Shown here in pieces: positions 49,880 to 59,853 of a DNA stretch of 64,000 nt. The notes under the pieces are model-generated. The model was not told where the DNA came from, made no database searches, and worked only from the letters and a program-made list of their open reading frames with translations. Every line of letters starts with the position of its first letter. Position 1 is the stretch's first letter. The stretch is taken from the NCBI GenBank assembly GCA_963735035.1, contig CAVTJJ010000004.1, forward strand, positions 704,001-768,000, read 5' to 3'. Source of the stretch: an uncultured candidate division Zixibacteria bacterium (GTDB lineage Bacteria; Zixibacteria; MSB-5A5; GN15; FEB-12). The translations under genes were made by a program, and so were the position numbers.

Positions 49880-50944
49880 ATGAAACAGATTCTACTGTCC
49901 GGTCTTTCCGCAATTCTTGTCCTCATAGTGAGTCCGACGCTCCGCGCCGCCGACTGTGTAAATCTGGATTTAGAATTGACCCCAGAGGTGCTCGCAGGTA
50001 GCGTTGGTCAGGGAAGTTTCGAGTTGACCAACTGCGGTGATCTGGCCGGTACGATTGTGTTGACGGTTGCCCTGCAGATTCCCGACGGCCCCACTATCGA
50101 AATCGCCGACATCCCCGTTCAGCTCGGTGCCGGTGAGACCATAATCCGCAACTTCACTTATCCCGCGCCATGGATCTTGACAGGTCATACGTTTGGTCTT
50201 TGCGTCACGGCTCAAATGGGTGAGGCTTCCGCTCACGACTGCGCCTCGACAACGATCGTCCATGATTCCAACGGCGACGACGGCGGGCGCGAGAATTTTG
50301 GCGTGGCTCTGTCGTTCGGAAATGATTGTATTGAGACCGATCTTGAACTCACCGATGTCATTTACACGTCGCCCGGCGACTTCATGGCTGAGGCATTTTT
50401 TGAGTTGACGAATTGCGGCGATGATGAAGCCGACGTCAATCTTGATATAGAGATCGAAGGGTATCGTCTCTCGACTTCTTCGGCGCCGCCCATTCATGTA
50501 GGCGCGGGCGAGACCGTGTCCCGCCAATGGGCTTTCGCCGTGCCCCCGTTCATTCCCAGCGGCGATTACAACATCTGTGTTACGGCCACGGCGGGGACAG
50601 CCGTGGCAACCGACTGCGAAATGGTCAAGGTCTTGAGCACGCCGCCGATTTCGGGTTCCGACGTTGCCGTGAGCGACGTGTCCAACTTCCCCAATCCATT
50701 CAACCCGACGACTCAGATATCGTTTAATTTGAATAATGATTCGAGAGTCTCGGTCGAAGTTGTCAATCTGCTCGGTCGACGGGTCAGAGTTCTGGCTGAC
50801 GCGGTTCCGATGAAAGCGGGCAGTCAACAACTCGAGTGGAACGGACGCGACGATTCCGGGCAGCCGGTTTCGAGCGGCATCTACTTCTATCGAATTTTCG
50901 CCGACGATCAGGCATTCTCCGAGAAGATGGTTCTGGTCAAATAG
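49880..50944 (+). CDS. Secreted protein with two tandem Cys-containing Ig-like repeats and a FlgD/T9SS-type C-terminal sorting domain
   Basis: Repeats DC..DLELT..FELTNCGD..GAGET..CVTA..DC; NFPNPFNPTTQISF..NLLGRRV..WNGRD..VSSGIYFYR..KMVLVK. Confidence 0.85.
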   Translation: MKQILLSGLSAILVLIVSPTLRAADCVNLDLELTPEVLAGSVGQGSFELTNCGDLAGTIVLTVALQIPDGPTIEIADIPVQLGAGETIIRNFTYPAPWILTGHTFGLCVTAQMGEASAHDCASTTIVHDSNGDDGGRENFGVALSFGNDCIETDLELTDVIYTSPGDFMAEAFFELTNCGDDEADVNLDIEIEGYRLSTSSAPPIHVGAGETVSRQWAFAVPPFIPSGDYNICVTATAGTAVATDCEMVKVLSTPPISGSDVAVSDVSNFPNPFNPTTQISFNLNNDSRVSVEVVNLLGRRVRVLADAVPMKAGSQQLEWNGRDDSGQPVSSGIYFYRIFADDQAFSEKMVLVK

Positions 50945-51068
50945 TCTTTAGTGTCGGTCGATGCCGCTGTCAAAGGATTCTGACGGCGGACTGCAAAACA
51001 TCAGAGAAGGACCTCAGGAGATTAAGGGTTTTATGTTTCCCGGTGCTGTACAGACAGGATCGAAGAGC

Positions 51069-52637
51069 ATGTTTCTCACGGTCGGATTGCTGGTAGCCCT
51101 CTTGAGCTCCCCGGTCCTGTCGGCGTCATATGAATGGGTCGGCTGCATCAACGGTGATGCCGTCGGCGATCAATTTGGCAGTTCTTTTTGCACGCTGGAT
51201 TTCAATCACGACGGTTATCAGGACCTGGTAATCGGAGCGCCTGCCTCCGATGCGGGTGGAATCTCGGCCGGAAAAGTCCGCATATATTTTGGTGGCCCCC
51301 AGGCCGACACCGTGTGCGACCTGACACTCATTGGTGCCCCCAGTTCATTCTTTGGCAAATCTCTGGCCTCAGCCGGCGATTTCAACGGGGACGGCGCTGA
51401 TGACCTGCTGGTCGGAGCCCCGTTCTACGATAGCCCCGCGATCAACGCCGGGGCGGTGTATCTCTTTTATGGTGGAACGATTCCTGACACGACGGTCGAC
51501 CACATATTTACCGGCGGTGCAGGCTCTGATTACTTCGGCATTGCCGTGACGGCCTGCGACTTCAATTCGGACGGATTCTCCGACATAGTCATCGGGGCCT
51601 ACAAAGCCGACTGGGGAAGCTTTGTTGATGCCGGACGGGTCTATGTCTATTCAGGGGGACCGTCGATCGAGTACAGTGTCGACTATACTCTGACCGGTGA
51701 AGCCAACGGTGAACGTTTCGGCTATTCTCTGACATCCGGCGATTTTAACGGTGATGATAATAGTGATATTGCGGTGGGCGCTTACAGTTACGACTCTGAG
51801 TACCTCAATGTCGGGCGGATCTATCTGTTCTTTGGCGGAGTCTCACCCGATGTCTATAGCGATCTGATCCTGCAGGGTTCTCAGCCCGGTGACAAATTCG
51901 GCTGGGCTCTGGCGTCCGGAGAAGTCACCGGCGATGCGTATGATGATATCATCATGGGCTCGGACGGCCATACCATTTCCAATGCTTCAGCAGGACGGAC
52001 GTATGTATTTGACGGCGGACCGGATATCGACGTCAACGAGTACGCCCACTACGATCTGGGACGTGCCCGCAATGATCTGCTGGGCTTTTCAGTTGCAGCC
52101 GGAATCGACGTCTCCCATGACGGCATCGGTGATCTGCTGGCCGGCATGCCCGGCAACGGCGACGGCGGCACCATAGCCGGGGGCGCCGTGCTCCTTGACG
52201 GCGGTTCGGTGATCGAGCCGGATACCGCAATTTATGGTAATGCGAACGACGAACAAACCGGACAGGCGGTCTTTTTCTGGCAGGACTTCGGTCGCGGATA
52301 CGTTGCATTTGGTGCCGGAGGGCACGGCTACGACGGCTATCGAGGCAGGGTGAGATTGTTTCGCGCGCCATCGTCTGATAATTGCTGTGTCGGCAAAGTA
52401 GGTAACATCAACGGCATGGGGGGCGAAGAACCTACTCTGGCCGATGTTACCGTGCTGATTGACCTGCTCTTCGTATCTCACAACCCGACCAGCGTGACAT
52501 GCGTGTCTGAAGCCGACATCAATCAGTCGGGCGGGGCTCATCCCCAGATCGATGATTTGACCATAGGCGACATCACTATCCTGATAGACTATATCTTCAT
52601 TACCGGACCGACGCTGGGTTTGCCCGACTGCTTCTAA
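51069..52637 (+). CDS. FG-GAP (integrin alpha beta-propeller) repeat protein with dockerin-like C-terminal domain
   Basis: Six to seven FG...DFNxDGxxDLxIGAP-like repeats; C-terminal CCVG..GNING..EPT..DV..LIDLLF..ADINQSGG..LIDYIFITGP; start could be 51033. Confidence 0.87.
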   Translation: MFLTVGLLVALLSSPVLSASYEWVGCINGDAVGDQFGSSFCTLDFNHDGYQDLVIGAPASDAGGISAGKVRIYFGGPQADTVCDLTLIGAPSSFFGKSLASAGDFNGDGADDLLVGAPFYDSPAINAGAVYLFYGGTIPDTTVDHIFTGGAGSDYFGIAVTACDFNSDGFSDIVIGAYKADWGSFVDAGRVYVYSGGPSIEYSVDYTLTGEANGERFGYSLTSGDFNGDDNSDIAVGAYSYDSEYLNVGRIYLFFGGVSPDVYSDLILQGSQPGDKFGWALASGEVTGDAYDDIIMGSDGHTISNASAGRTYVFDGGPDIDVNEYAHYDLGRARNDLLGFSVAAGIDVSHDGIGDLLAGMPGNGDGGTIAGGAVLLDGGSVIEPDTAIYGNANDEQTGQAVFFWQDFGRGYVAFGAGGHGYDGYRGRVRLFRAPSSDNCCVGKVGNINGMGGEEPTLADVTVLIDLLFVSHNPTSVTCVSEADINQSGGAHPQIDDLTIGDITILIDYIFITGPTLGLPDCF

Positions 52638-52664
52638 TCAGAAAGTAAACTCTATAGGGGGCGC

Positions 52665-53543
52665 CTATTTCCGCTTGCCGGGCGTGGGTAGTCCTGAGAT
52701 AATGAGCGCGGCGAATACCAGCAATCCCCCCAGACCGCTGTGGATTTCGAACGATTCCCCGCCCAGGGTCCAGGCGAAGATGCCCGCGAACACCGGTTCA
52801 AAAGCGAAAATCAGCGATACCTTCACGGGCGACGTGAACTTCTGAGCCCACATCTGTGTGACGAACGCGGTCAGGCTGGGGAAAATAGCCAGAAAGACCG
52901 TGATCCATCCCGCCGAGGTGGTGTGAATTCGGAAGTCGAGCCCGAAAACCGCCATCGCCAGGAGACTCAGCAGTCCGACTATCAGGAACTGCTGACAGGA
53001 AATCACCAGCGGGTCGGCCCCCTTCTTGATGTACCGGTCCGAATAGAGCAGGTGTAGAGCGTAAGTCACTGCCGCCGCCAAAGTCAGAAGGTCACCCGCG
53101 TTTATCTCGGTCAGCCCGCCGGTAAGGAACCCCAGGCCACCAAGGGCGACTATTGTCGCCAGCCATTCCATGAGGGTCGGCCGCCCGTGGAACCAGGTTC
53201 GTATGAAGATTGGCACGAAGATCACAAACAAACCGGTGATGAACCCCGAATTGGAGGCGGTCGTATATTTGAGCCCAATCGTTTGGGGTATGTATAGCAG
53301 CCAGAGGATAATCGCCAGTCCCGCGCCCTGTTTAATGTCCCGGAGTATCGAACGACCCGTGACAAGCACTAGCGCCAGCATGATTACCCCGGCCAGAAGG
53401 AAGCGGTAGGCGACCATCGCCACTGGATCGATCCCGCCCAGAGCATCCTTTACGATGAAGAAGGTCGCGCCCCAAATTGCCGCGGCGTAAAACAGGCCGG
53501 TGTCGGCGAGAATCTGTCGGTATCTAGGGGAGAGGGCTGCCAT
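52665..53543 (-). CDS. EamA/DMT family transporter
   Basis: IWGATF, GLKYTTASNSGFITGL, EPVFA; ten TM segments. Confidence 0.92.
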   Translation of the reverse strand: MAALSPRYRQILADTGLFYAAAIWGATFFIVKDALGGIDPVAMVAYRFLLAGVIMLALVLVTGRSILRDIKQGAGLAIILWLLYIPQTIGLKYTTASNSGFITGLFVIFVPIFIRTWFHGRPTLMEWLATIVALGGLGFLTGGLTEINAGDLLTLAAAVTYALHLLYSDRYIKKGADPLVISCQQFLIVGLLSLLAMAVFGLDFRIHTTSAGWITVFLAIFPSLTAFVTQMWAQKFTSPVKVSLIFAFEPVFAGIFAWTLGGESFEIHSGLGGLLVFAALIISGLPTPGKRK

Positions 53544-53617
53544 AAACAGAAGAGATAAAGCCGGATGGCGGCTGCCAAGTCAAATTGAAACTGGAAATTT
53601 GTGTTGTGCCGGAAGGC

Positions 53618-54028
53618 TCAAACACGGGCAGGCCGCTGATTGCGCACCACTTCGCCGATTTTCATGTCCTCGGTCAGGATGTGGTCCAGCAGCCAGCTTG
53701 TGAGAAAGTCCCGAATCTCCTGGAGCGTGATTTCCTTGCCTTCGCTCCAATCGAGCGCCATGTCGGCTATCTTGCCCGCAAATTCAGAATGGCACCAGCG
53801 ATGGGCGGTGATTCCGGGGAAATTGATCTGCTGCATCAGGGATTCTTCGTCGGCGAAGTGTTGCAGCGCGTAGTCAACGAGGGCATCAATGGTCTGCAGG
53901 GAGTCCTGTCGATCCGCTCCGGCCTCGATTTTGCGGTCCAAAGCGTTGATCAGCTTGAACAAGTACTGGTGTTGCTGGTCGATCTGTTCCTGACCGACCC
54001 GGAAACGATCATTCCACTGAAGCGTCAT
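53618..54028 (-). CDS. Bacteriohemerythrin
   Basis: W..VG..IDQQH, HFADEE, HRWCH, WLLDHILTED. Confidence 0.93.
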   Translation of the reverse strand: MTLQWNDRFRVGQEQIDQQHQYLFKLINALDRKIEAGADRQDSLQTIDALVDYALQHFADEESLMQQINFPGITAHRWCHSEFAGKIADMALDWSEGKEITLQEIRDFLTSWLLDHILTEDMKIGEVVRNQRPARV

Positions 54029-54190
54029 AGACGCACCCTCGATCTTGAGTAAGTTTAGCTCCCCAATGAATTATCGACCCGCCGGACCCATAACTTGAAT
54101 AGTCTCCCTCAGAGGGCCAATCAGGTTGTGGCGGGGCAGTCTTTTTAGTATAGTCACTTAGGAATGGACCGACACCCAAGGAGTAAGTCT

Positions 54191-55657
54191 ATGACGATTT
54201 TCAGATTGTGTCTCGCCGTGGCGATTCTGGCCACCGCGATTCCCGCCGCCCAGGCTCAGAATATCGGAGCCGTTACGTCCGATATGATCGCCCGTTTCGA
54301 CAAGCAATTAGCCGACGATCCGAGCTTGAAGAGCGTTGTTAACGCGGCTACCAACAACGACATACGTGATCTGTCCCTGAATCGCGAACTGGTTGCCGCT
54401 TTCGACGGCCGATTCAATTTCGAACTGAAGGGGACCAAAATCATCGACCAGAAGAGCAGCGGTCGGTGCTGGATGTTCGCCGGCTGCAATGTTGTCACTC
54501 CCAGGGTCATGACGAAGCTTAAACTCTCTGATTTTGGTCTGTCCCAGGCCTATCTGGCTTTCTATGACCGACTTGAAAAATGCAATTTCTTCCTCGAGAC
54601 CATGATCTCCATGAGGGCTCGCGATATCAACGACCGGTCACTGCAGATGTATCTCGAGAATCCGATCGGCGATGGCGGCTGGTGGCAGTATTTCGAAGGA
54701 TTGATCCACAAATATGGGGTGGTGCCGGCATCGGCTATGCCTGAAACCAAGCAGTCGTCGGCCACCGACCGCACCAATGCGTTGTTGAATTCTCTCCTTC
54801 GCAAGTCTACCGCCGAAATTCGGCGCATGCACCAGGCAGGCAAAAAGGAACCGGCTATCCGCCAATATAAAGAAAGCGTGCTGGGCGATATCTATCGTCT
54901 GTTGATTTGCGCGTACGGCCAGCCGCCCAAGGAATTCGTTTTCCGCTATGAGGAAACCCGAAAGGACACTACCGCCGCGGCGGTTGTCGATTCCACCAAG
55001 AAGGCGGATACGGCCGGCACCAAAGTACTCGTTGACCGCAAGTTCACCCCTGAGTCGTTCTTCAAGGAATATTACGGCGACCTCTCTACTGAGTATGTTG
55101 CCCTGGTGCACAACCCGGCCCAGAAGGACCTGACACTGTTCGAGTTGATGAACAGCCGAAACATACTCGAGCAGACCGATGTCAAGTTCCTCAACCTGCC
55201 GATTACGTCGCTCAAAGACTATGCCTACAAGATGATCAAAGACAGCCAGATTGTCTGGTTTGCCTGTGACGTCGGTCGGGATAATTTCCGCGACAGCGGC
55301 ATGTTTGCCGCCAACGTGTGGGACTACAGCAGCACGCTCGGCATTGACTTCAGCACCACCAAGGCCGACCGGATCGCTTATCGCGACGAGACGCCCAACC
55401 ATGCGATGGTGCTCCTGGCCGTGGATACGACCGAGACCGGTATCCCCCGCAAGTGGAAAGTCGAGAACTCCTGGGGATCGACACTCGGAAGCGGCGGCTA
55501 CTGGACCATGTACGATTCCTGGTTCGACGACAACGTGTTGCTGGTTATGGTCGACAAGAAATTGCTCACGTCGCAGGATGCGGCACTGCTCGAACAGAAG
55601 CCGGTCATCGTCGAGGACTGGCAGCCGTTCTTCCGCGACCTGACCCAATTGAAGTAA
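54191..55657 (+). CDS. pepC: Aminopeptidase C / bleomycin hydrolase (peptidase C1B), secreted
   Basis: Signal peptide; QKSSGRCWMFA, DGGWW, NHAM, VENSWG; AAGGAG RBS. Confidence 0.9.
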   Translation: MTIFRLCLAVAILATAIPAAQAQNIGAVTSDMIARFDKQLADDPSLKSVVNAATNNDIRDLSLNRELVAAFDGRFNFELKGTKIIDQKSSGRCWMFAGCNVVTPRVMTKLKLSDFGLSQAYLAFYDRLEKCNFFLETMISMRARDINDRSLQMYLENPIGDGGWWQYFEGLIHKYGVVPASAMPETKQSSATDRTNALLNSLLRKSTAEIRRMHQAGKKEPAIRQYKESVLGDIYRLLICAYGQPPKEFVFRYEETRKDTTAAAVVDSTKKADTAGTKVLVDRKFTPESFFKEYYGDLSTEYVALVHNPAQKDLTLFELMNSRNILEQTDVKFLNLPITSLKDYAYKMIKDSQIVWFACDVGRDNFRDSGMFAANVWDYSSTLGIDFSTTKADRIAYRDETPNHAMVLLAVDTTETGIPRKWKVENSWGSTLGSGGYWTMYDSWFDDNVLLVMVDKKLLTSQDAALLEQKPVIVEDWQPFFRDLTQLK

Positions 55658-55694
55658 TTTCGATTTGCGCGAAAGGGCACAGCGGATAAACTGA

Positions 55695-56600
55695 GTGGGT
55701 CTCTTTCAGATCGTCTGGTATCTTGCGGCCGTCTTCTGTTTTGCAGTGACGGCCGCCAAACTGATCCGGATTGCGCGGATGCCGGTTCACATCCGCTGGG
55801 ATCTCTATCCCATTCCTCATGAGAAGGGGCGTGGCTCCTATGGCGGTTCCTACTATGAAGAGGTAGACTGGTGGACCAAGCCCCGTCGGTTTGCCCTGTT
55901 TGCAGAATTGCGCGAAGTAGCCGTCGAGATACTGTTCATTCGCTCGCTGTATCGCCATAATCGATCCCTGTGGCTGGTCTCGTATCCGTTCCATCTCGGT
56001 CTCTATAGTCTGGTCGTCTTTGCATTGCTCATAGCGCTCGGCAGCTTCATGGAACCGGCCGGATCGTCGGTAGCAAATGGTGTCGTCTATTACTTTACTA
56101 TCGTATCCGGAGTCGTCGGATGGACTCTGACTATCTTTGGCGCCACGGGCCTCCTGTTGAGCCGTATCTTCCGCAAAGACTTACGAATTGCCACGATCCG
56201 GAGCGACTACTTCAACCTGGGCATTCTTCTAACTGTAAGTGTAATCGGATTCACAGCCTGGTTGACGGCCGACACTGACTACACCATCATGCGTCGGCTG
56301 GTCGGGGCTATGCTGACAATGAAATTGGCCAGTGAGATTCCGACCGCATTACAAGTCCAGGTTTGGGTGACTTCGGCGCTCTTGTTCTATTTCCCATTCA
56401 CTCACATGACTCACGTGTTCAGCAAGTTCTTCACGTATCATTCGGTGAGATGGGAAGACCACCCCAATATCCGCGACAGTCGGATCGAGAAGGCCGTCAC
56501 CGAGGCCCTCGGCTACAATCTGACCTGGGCTGCCCCGCACATTCGCAAGGGAACCTGGGCCGAAGCCGCCACCGGAGAGAAGAAGTCGGTCGATGAGTAA
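55695..56600 (+). CDS. NarI/DsrM-like membrane cytochrome b subunit
   Basis: RWDLYPIPHE, EILFIRSL, PFHLGLY, YFPFTHMTH; five TM segments. Confidence 0.82.
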   Translation: MGLFQIVWYLAAVFCFAVTAAKLIRIARMPVHIRWDLYPIPHEKGRGSYGGSYYEEVDWWTKPRRFALFAELREVAVEILFIRSLYRHNRSLWLVSYPFHLGLYSLVVFALLIALGSFMEPAGSSVANGVVYYFTIVSGVVGWTLTIFGATGLLLSRIFRKDLRIATIRSDYFNLGILLTVSVIGFTAWLTADTDYTIMRRLVGAMLTMKLASEIPTALQVQVWVTSALLFYFPFTHMTHVFSKFFTYHSVRWEDHPNIRDSRIEKAVTEALGYNLTWAAPHIRKGTWAEAATGEKKSVDE

Positions 56601-58206
56601 GCGTGACATCACCATAAGAGATTTCTGTCGTCGCACCGGCCAGTTGGTAGAGTTGGACACGCGCGACTTCCTGCCGCTACCGCCACCCTACGATCAAATG
56701 AATCTCGAGCCGAAGATTCGGCAGTTGTCGGAGGCGATCCGTCAGAAATACGAGACTGACCTCGACGGTGTCACCGCGGTCAAGTTCCCGCGTCCCCGGA
56801 CCGAAGACGAGAAACGCGCTCTGGTGGCCAGTTTTCTGAGCGGTCTGGCAAAGCTGTTCGACCGCCGGGAGAACTGGACCTTCATGCAGCCGCTCTTCCT
56901 GACGATGGAATACTGCGCCCGCTGCCAGACCTGTGCTTCGGCCTGCCCGATCTATGTAGAATCCGGTAAGATAGACATCTACCGACCGACCTATCGCTCA
57001 GATATACTCCGGCGGCTCTACAAGAAATATGTCAAGGCGGGCGGACGCCTGACCGCGTGGATTTCCGGTAATGACATCGACGCTACCTGGACCATGATCG
57101 CGCGTCTGATGGAGTTGTGCTACCGATGTACGGTTTGTCGTCGGTGCGCCCAGTCGTGCCCGATCGGGGTCGACAACGGCCTGGTCACGCGCGAGTTACG
57201 AAAGATTTTCAGCCAGGAGATGGGTATCGCGGTAGAGGCGCTTCATGCCGGCGGCTCGATGAATCAACTGCGGACAGGGTCAAGTACCGGCATGTCACGC
57301 GAACCTTTTCTGGATAATGTTGAGTTCATGGAGCAGGACGTCGAAGAGCGGACCGGCCTGAATTTCAAATGGCCGATGGACAAAGCCGGGGCGGATATCC
57401 TGCTCATTCACAACGCGGGCGAATTTCTCGCCTGGCCGGAGAATCCTGAAGCATTTGCTATCGTCCTTGAAGCAGCTGGAGTGAACTACACGCTCTCCAG
57501 CGAATTGTGCGCATATGACGGCGTAAACTACGGGGTATGGTACGACGATGTGCAATTTGCCAAAGTAGCCATGCAGCATGCCCAGGTGGCGAGAAAGCTG
57601 GGAGTCAAGAAGATCGTAATCGGAGAATGCGGCCACTCCACTAAGGCCTTGACGGTGATCGCCGACCGGGTCTTCACCGGCGAATACAACATACCCCGTG
57701 AAAGCTCGCTCACGCTTCTGAATGACATCATCAAGAGCGGTCGTCTGAATCTTGACCCGTCGCGCAATGACGACCTTACCGTGACGCTTCACGACCCCTG
57801 CAATATGGTCCGCCTGATGGGGATCGTACGACCACAACGCGAAATTCTACAAGCCGTATGCAACCGATTCCGGGAGATGACGCCTCACGGGGTGGATAAT
57901 TATTGCTGCGGCGGCGGCTCCGGTTTTGCCATAACTCAGGATCTTAACTTCCCTGATTTCCGCCATACTCTTTCGAGTCGAACGAAATTGCGCCAGATTC
58001 TCGATGTCTTTCAGGACATCATCGAACCCGACCAAAAGAAGTACGTCTGCGCCCCCTGTTCCAATTGCAAAGGGGCGATGCGCGACATGTTCGCCGCCTA
58101 CGGTCTGTTCAATCGTTGCAACATTCTCTATGGCGGATTGATTGAACTCGTGGTCAATGCCATGGTTGATATCAAGAAACCGTTCCTGCAATGGGAATGG
58201 CATTAG
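56593..58206 (+). CDS. DsrK/HdrD-like Fe-S protein with CCG domain
   Basis: CARCQTCASAC, CTVCRRCAQSC, GECGH, HDPCN, CCGGG, CAPCSNC; 8-bp overlap with the upstream gene. Confidence 0.85.
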   Translation: MSKRDITIRDFCRRTGQLVELDTRDFLPLPPPYDQMNLEPKIRQLSEAIRQKYETDLDGVTAVKFPRPRTEDEKRALVASFLSGLAKLFDRRENWTFMQPLFLTMEYCARCQTCASACPIYVESGKIDIYRPTYRSDILRRLYKKYVKAGGRLTAWISGNDIDATWTMIARLMELCYRCTVCRRCAQSCPIGVDNGLVTRELRKIFSQEMGIAVEALHAGGSMNQLRTGSSTGMSREPFLDNVEFMEQDVEERTGLNFKWPMDKAGADILLIHNAGEFLAWPENPEAFAIVLEAAGVNYTLSSELCAYDGVNYGVWYDDVQFAKVAMQHAQVARKLGVKKIVIGECGHSTKALTVIADRVFTGEYNIPRESSLTLLNDIIKSGRLNLDPSRNDDLTVTLHDPCNMVRLMGIVRPQREILQAVCNRFREMTPHGVDNYCCGGGSGFAITQDLNFPDFRHTLSSRTKLRQILDVFQDIIEPDQKKYVCAPCSNCKGAMRDMFAAYGLFNRCNILYGGLIELVVNAMVDIKKPFLQWEWH

Positions 58207-58361
58207 CAGGGGACGTTGCCAAACCCATTGAGTGGCATTCTCAGTCCGTTGACGACCATGTCGGTTAGAGAAATTCGCGCCAGTCATCATAACGCCGGGC
58301 GTTAGTTAGCCATCCTCACCAAGATCTTCTTCGATACAAGACAATTCGCACCAATATCGTA

Positions 58362-58389
58362 TTGACTTTCGGCAATTCTGGATTATATT
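58362..58389 (+). promoter_or_regulatory. Sigma70-like promoter candidate for the cytochrome gene
   Basis: TTGACT-N16-TATATT. Confidence 0.45.
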
Positions 58390-58489
58390 TACCCCCGTAC
58401 TAGCGATTGGTTGGGTCCTGCCCCCAGTGCCACAGGGATTATCCTACGGCACGCAGGTGATCGAACCTGATTTGTAAAAGGAGCGACTC

Positions 58490-59617
58490 GTGATAACGGT
58501 GAAATCTACCGCTATTCTATCCGTCTGTCTCGCAGCATTTGCCTGGAGCAATTGTTCAGCTGGATCTGAAATACCGGATCTTAGAGCGGGTCGAAGCTAC
58601 ATCCACCCGTCGGCCGGAGCCCGTCAGATGCCGTCGATGCGCGGCGCTATGGGTACCGAGGCCGGTCCGACTTTCCACAACGGCGAAACGCTCTACTGTT
58701 CCAACTGTCACGTGATGCACGCCTCTGAGCAGCATCCGGGCGACCAGTCGGTCCCGGGTGGCAGCTACCCGATGGATTACACTCCGTCCCGGAATCTGCT
58801 CAAAGCCAGTGATCCGGTGGCGCTCTGTCTGACCTGTCATGATAACGTGGTCGGTATACCCGACGTAGTCGGCGCTGACGTTAACGGTCTGGTTGATCGT
58901 TCGGGCGGACACTTTGCCCTGCCGGGCGAGATGAATGCCCGCGGTCACAAGCTTGATTACGGTTTGACTACCGGCGACTACGATCTGTGCTATCGCTGCC
59001 ATTTCGCAGGAACGTTCGCAACCGCCAGCGTGACTTGTCTCGATTGTCACAATCCCCATGGAAATAATCGTCCCCGTAACTTGCAGTGGGCATCGTGGCC
59101 GGGCGGCGAACCGCAACTAGGGCTGCTCGAAAGCGGCGCATCGAGTGGGCTGTCCAGATATGAGACCAGCAACGTGGCTTACGGCACGCTCAATACCGAT
59201 CAACTCAGAGAAGTCACGACTATCTGCATCGACTGCCATCACGTGTTCAGCGGCAATTCCTACATCGATCCCGACGGTAACGGCATCCATAATCTTCATC
59301 CCACCTATGATTCTGAACGCAGCAGTCTGAACAACATATCTCAGGGTGGAGGTTCTAGAGGCACGACCGATCCGGCTCACTGGACGAGCGGAACCGGTTC
59401 GGGATTCGCCCATACTCCGAGAGTGCGCTTTGTCAATAACGGGGCCGCCGACTTTGTTTCGGCCCAGCAAGTCGACCCGTCCGTGAACGGAACGTTCTGT
59501 CTCTCCTGTCATAAAGCCCACGGCAGCGACAACGCGTTCGGTCTGGTGTGGAATCCGGCTTCGGGTTATTTCGGCGAAGGCTGTGAGCAGTGTCACAACC
59601 GGACGGGACAGCAATAG
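58490..59617 (+). CDS. Multiheme cytochrome c (7 CxxCH), exported
   Basis: Signal peptide; CSNCH, CLTCH, CYRCH, CLDCH, CIDCH, CLSCH, CEQCH; AAGGAG RBS. Confidence 0.92.
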   Translation: MITVKSTAILSVCLAAFAWSNCSAGSEIPDLRAGRSYIHPSAGARQMPSMRGAMGTEAGPTFHNGETLYCSNCHVMHASEQHPGDQSVPGGSYPMDYTPSRNLLKASDPVALCLTCHDNVVGIPDVVGADVNGLVDRSGGHFALPGEMNARGHKLDYGLTTGDYDLCYRCHFAGTFATASVTCLDCHNPHGNNRPRNLQWASWPGGEPQLGLLESGASSGLSRYETSNVAYGTLNTDQLREVTTICIDCHHVFSGNSYIDPDGNGIHNLHPTYDSERSSLNNISQGGGSRGTTDPAHWTSGTGSGFAHTPRVRFVNNGAADFVSAQQVDPSVNGTFCLSCHKAHGSDNAFGLVWNPASGYFGEGCEQCHNRTGQQ

Positions 59618-59670
59618 CCACGTAGCAGGACCTCAAGTCCGCGTCTTTGTTTGCAAATCTACCAATTTGG

Positions 59671-59702
59671 AGCGGCTCCGTTGAAATGTCGGAGCCGCTT
59701 TC
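59671..59702 (+). terminator. Intrinsic terminator
   Basis: AGCGGCTCCG-loop-CGGAGCCGCT followed by TT. Confidence 0.65.
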
Positions 59703-59853
59703 AGTTCCCTTCTCAGAATCCAATCGCCGCAACATGTAATGTCAAGTGTAACAATGAGATATGTCTTTTCGACTGGGCGGGGCTCCATCAAGATGGGTGA
59801 TGTACCGATAACCTATTCATTAACAATTGAATGCCAGGAAATGGAATAACAGC

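Noticed and set aside
54638..55648. Long antisense ORFs (e.g. 54638-55648, 49970-50830, 9944-10708, 41578-42324)
   Set aside because: Shadow frames of real genes in GC-rich DNA with no motifs
55695..56600. Nitrate reductase
   Set aside because: NarI-like fold only; no narGHJ, and the partner is a CCG-domain Fe-S protein
58390..58489. Riboswitch (e.g. c-di-GMP) in the cytochrome leader
   Set aside because: Only short hairpins (GTGCC..GGCAC, CAGGT..ACCTG); no recognisable aptamer consensus
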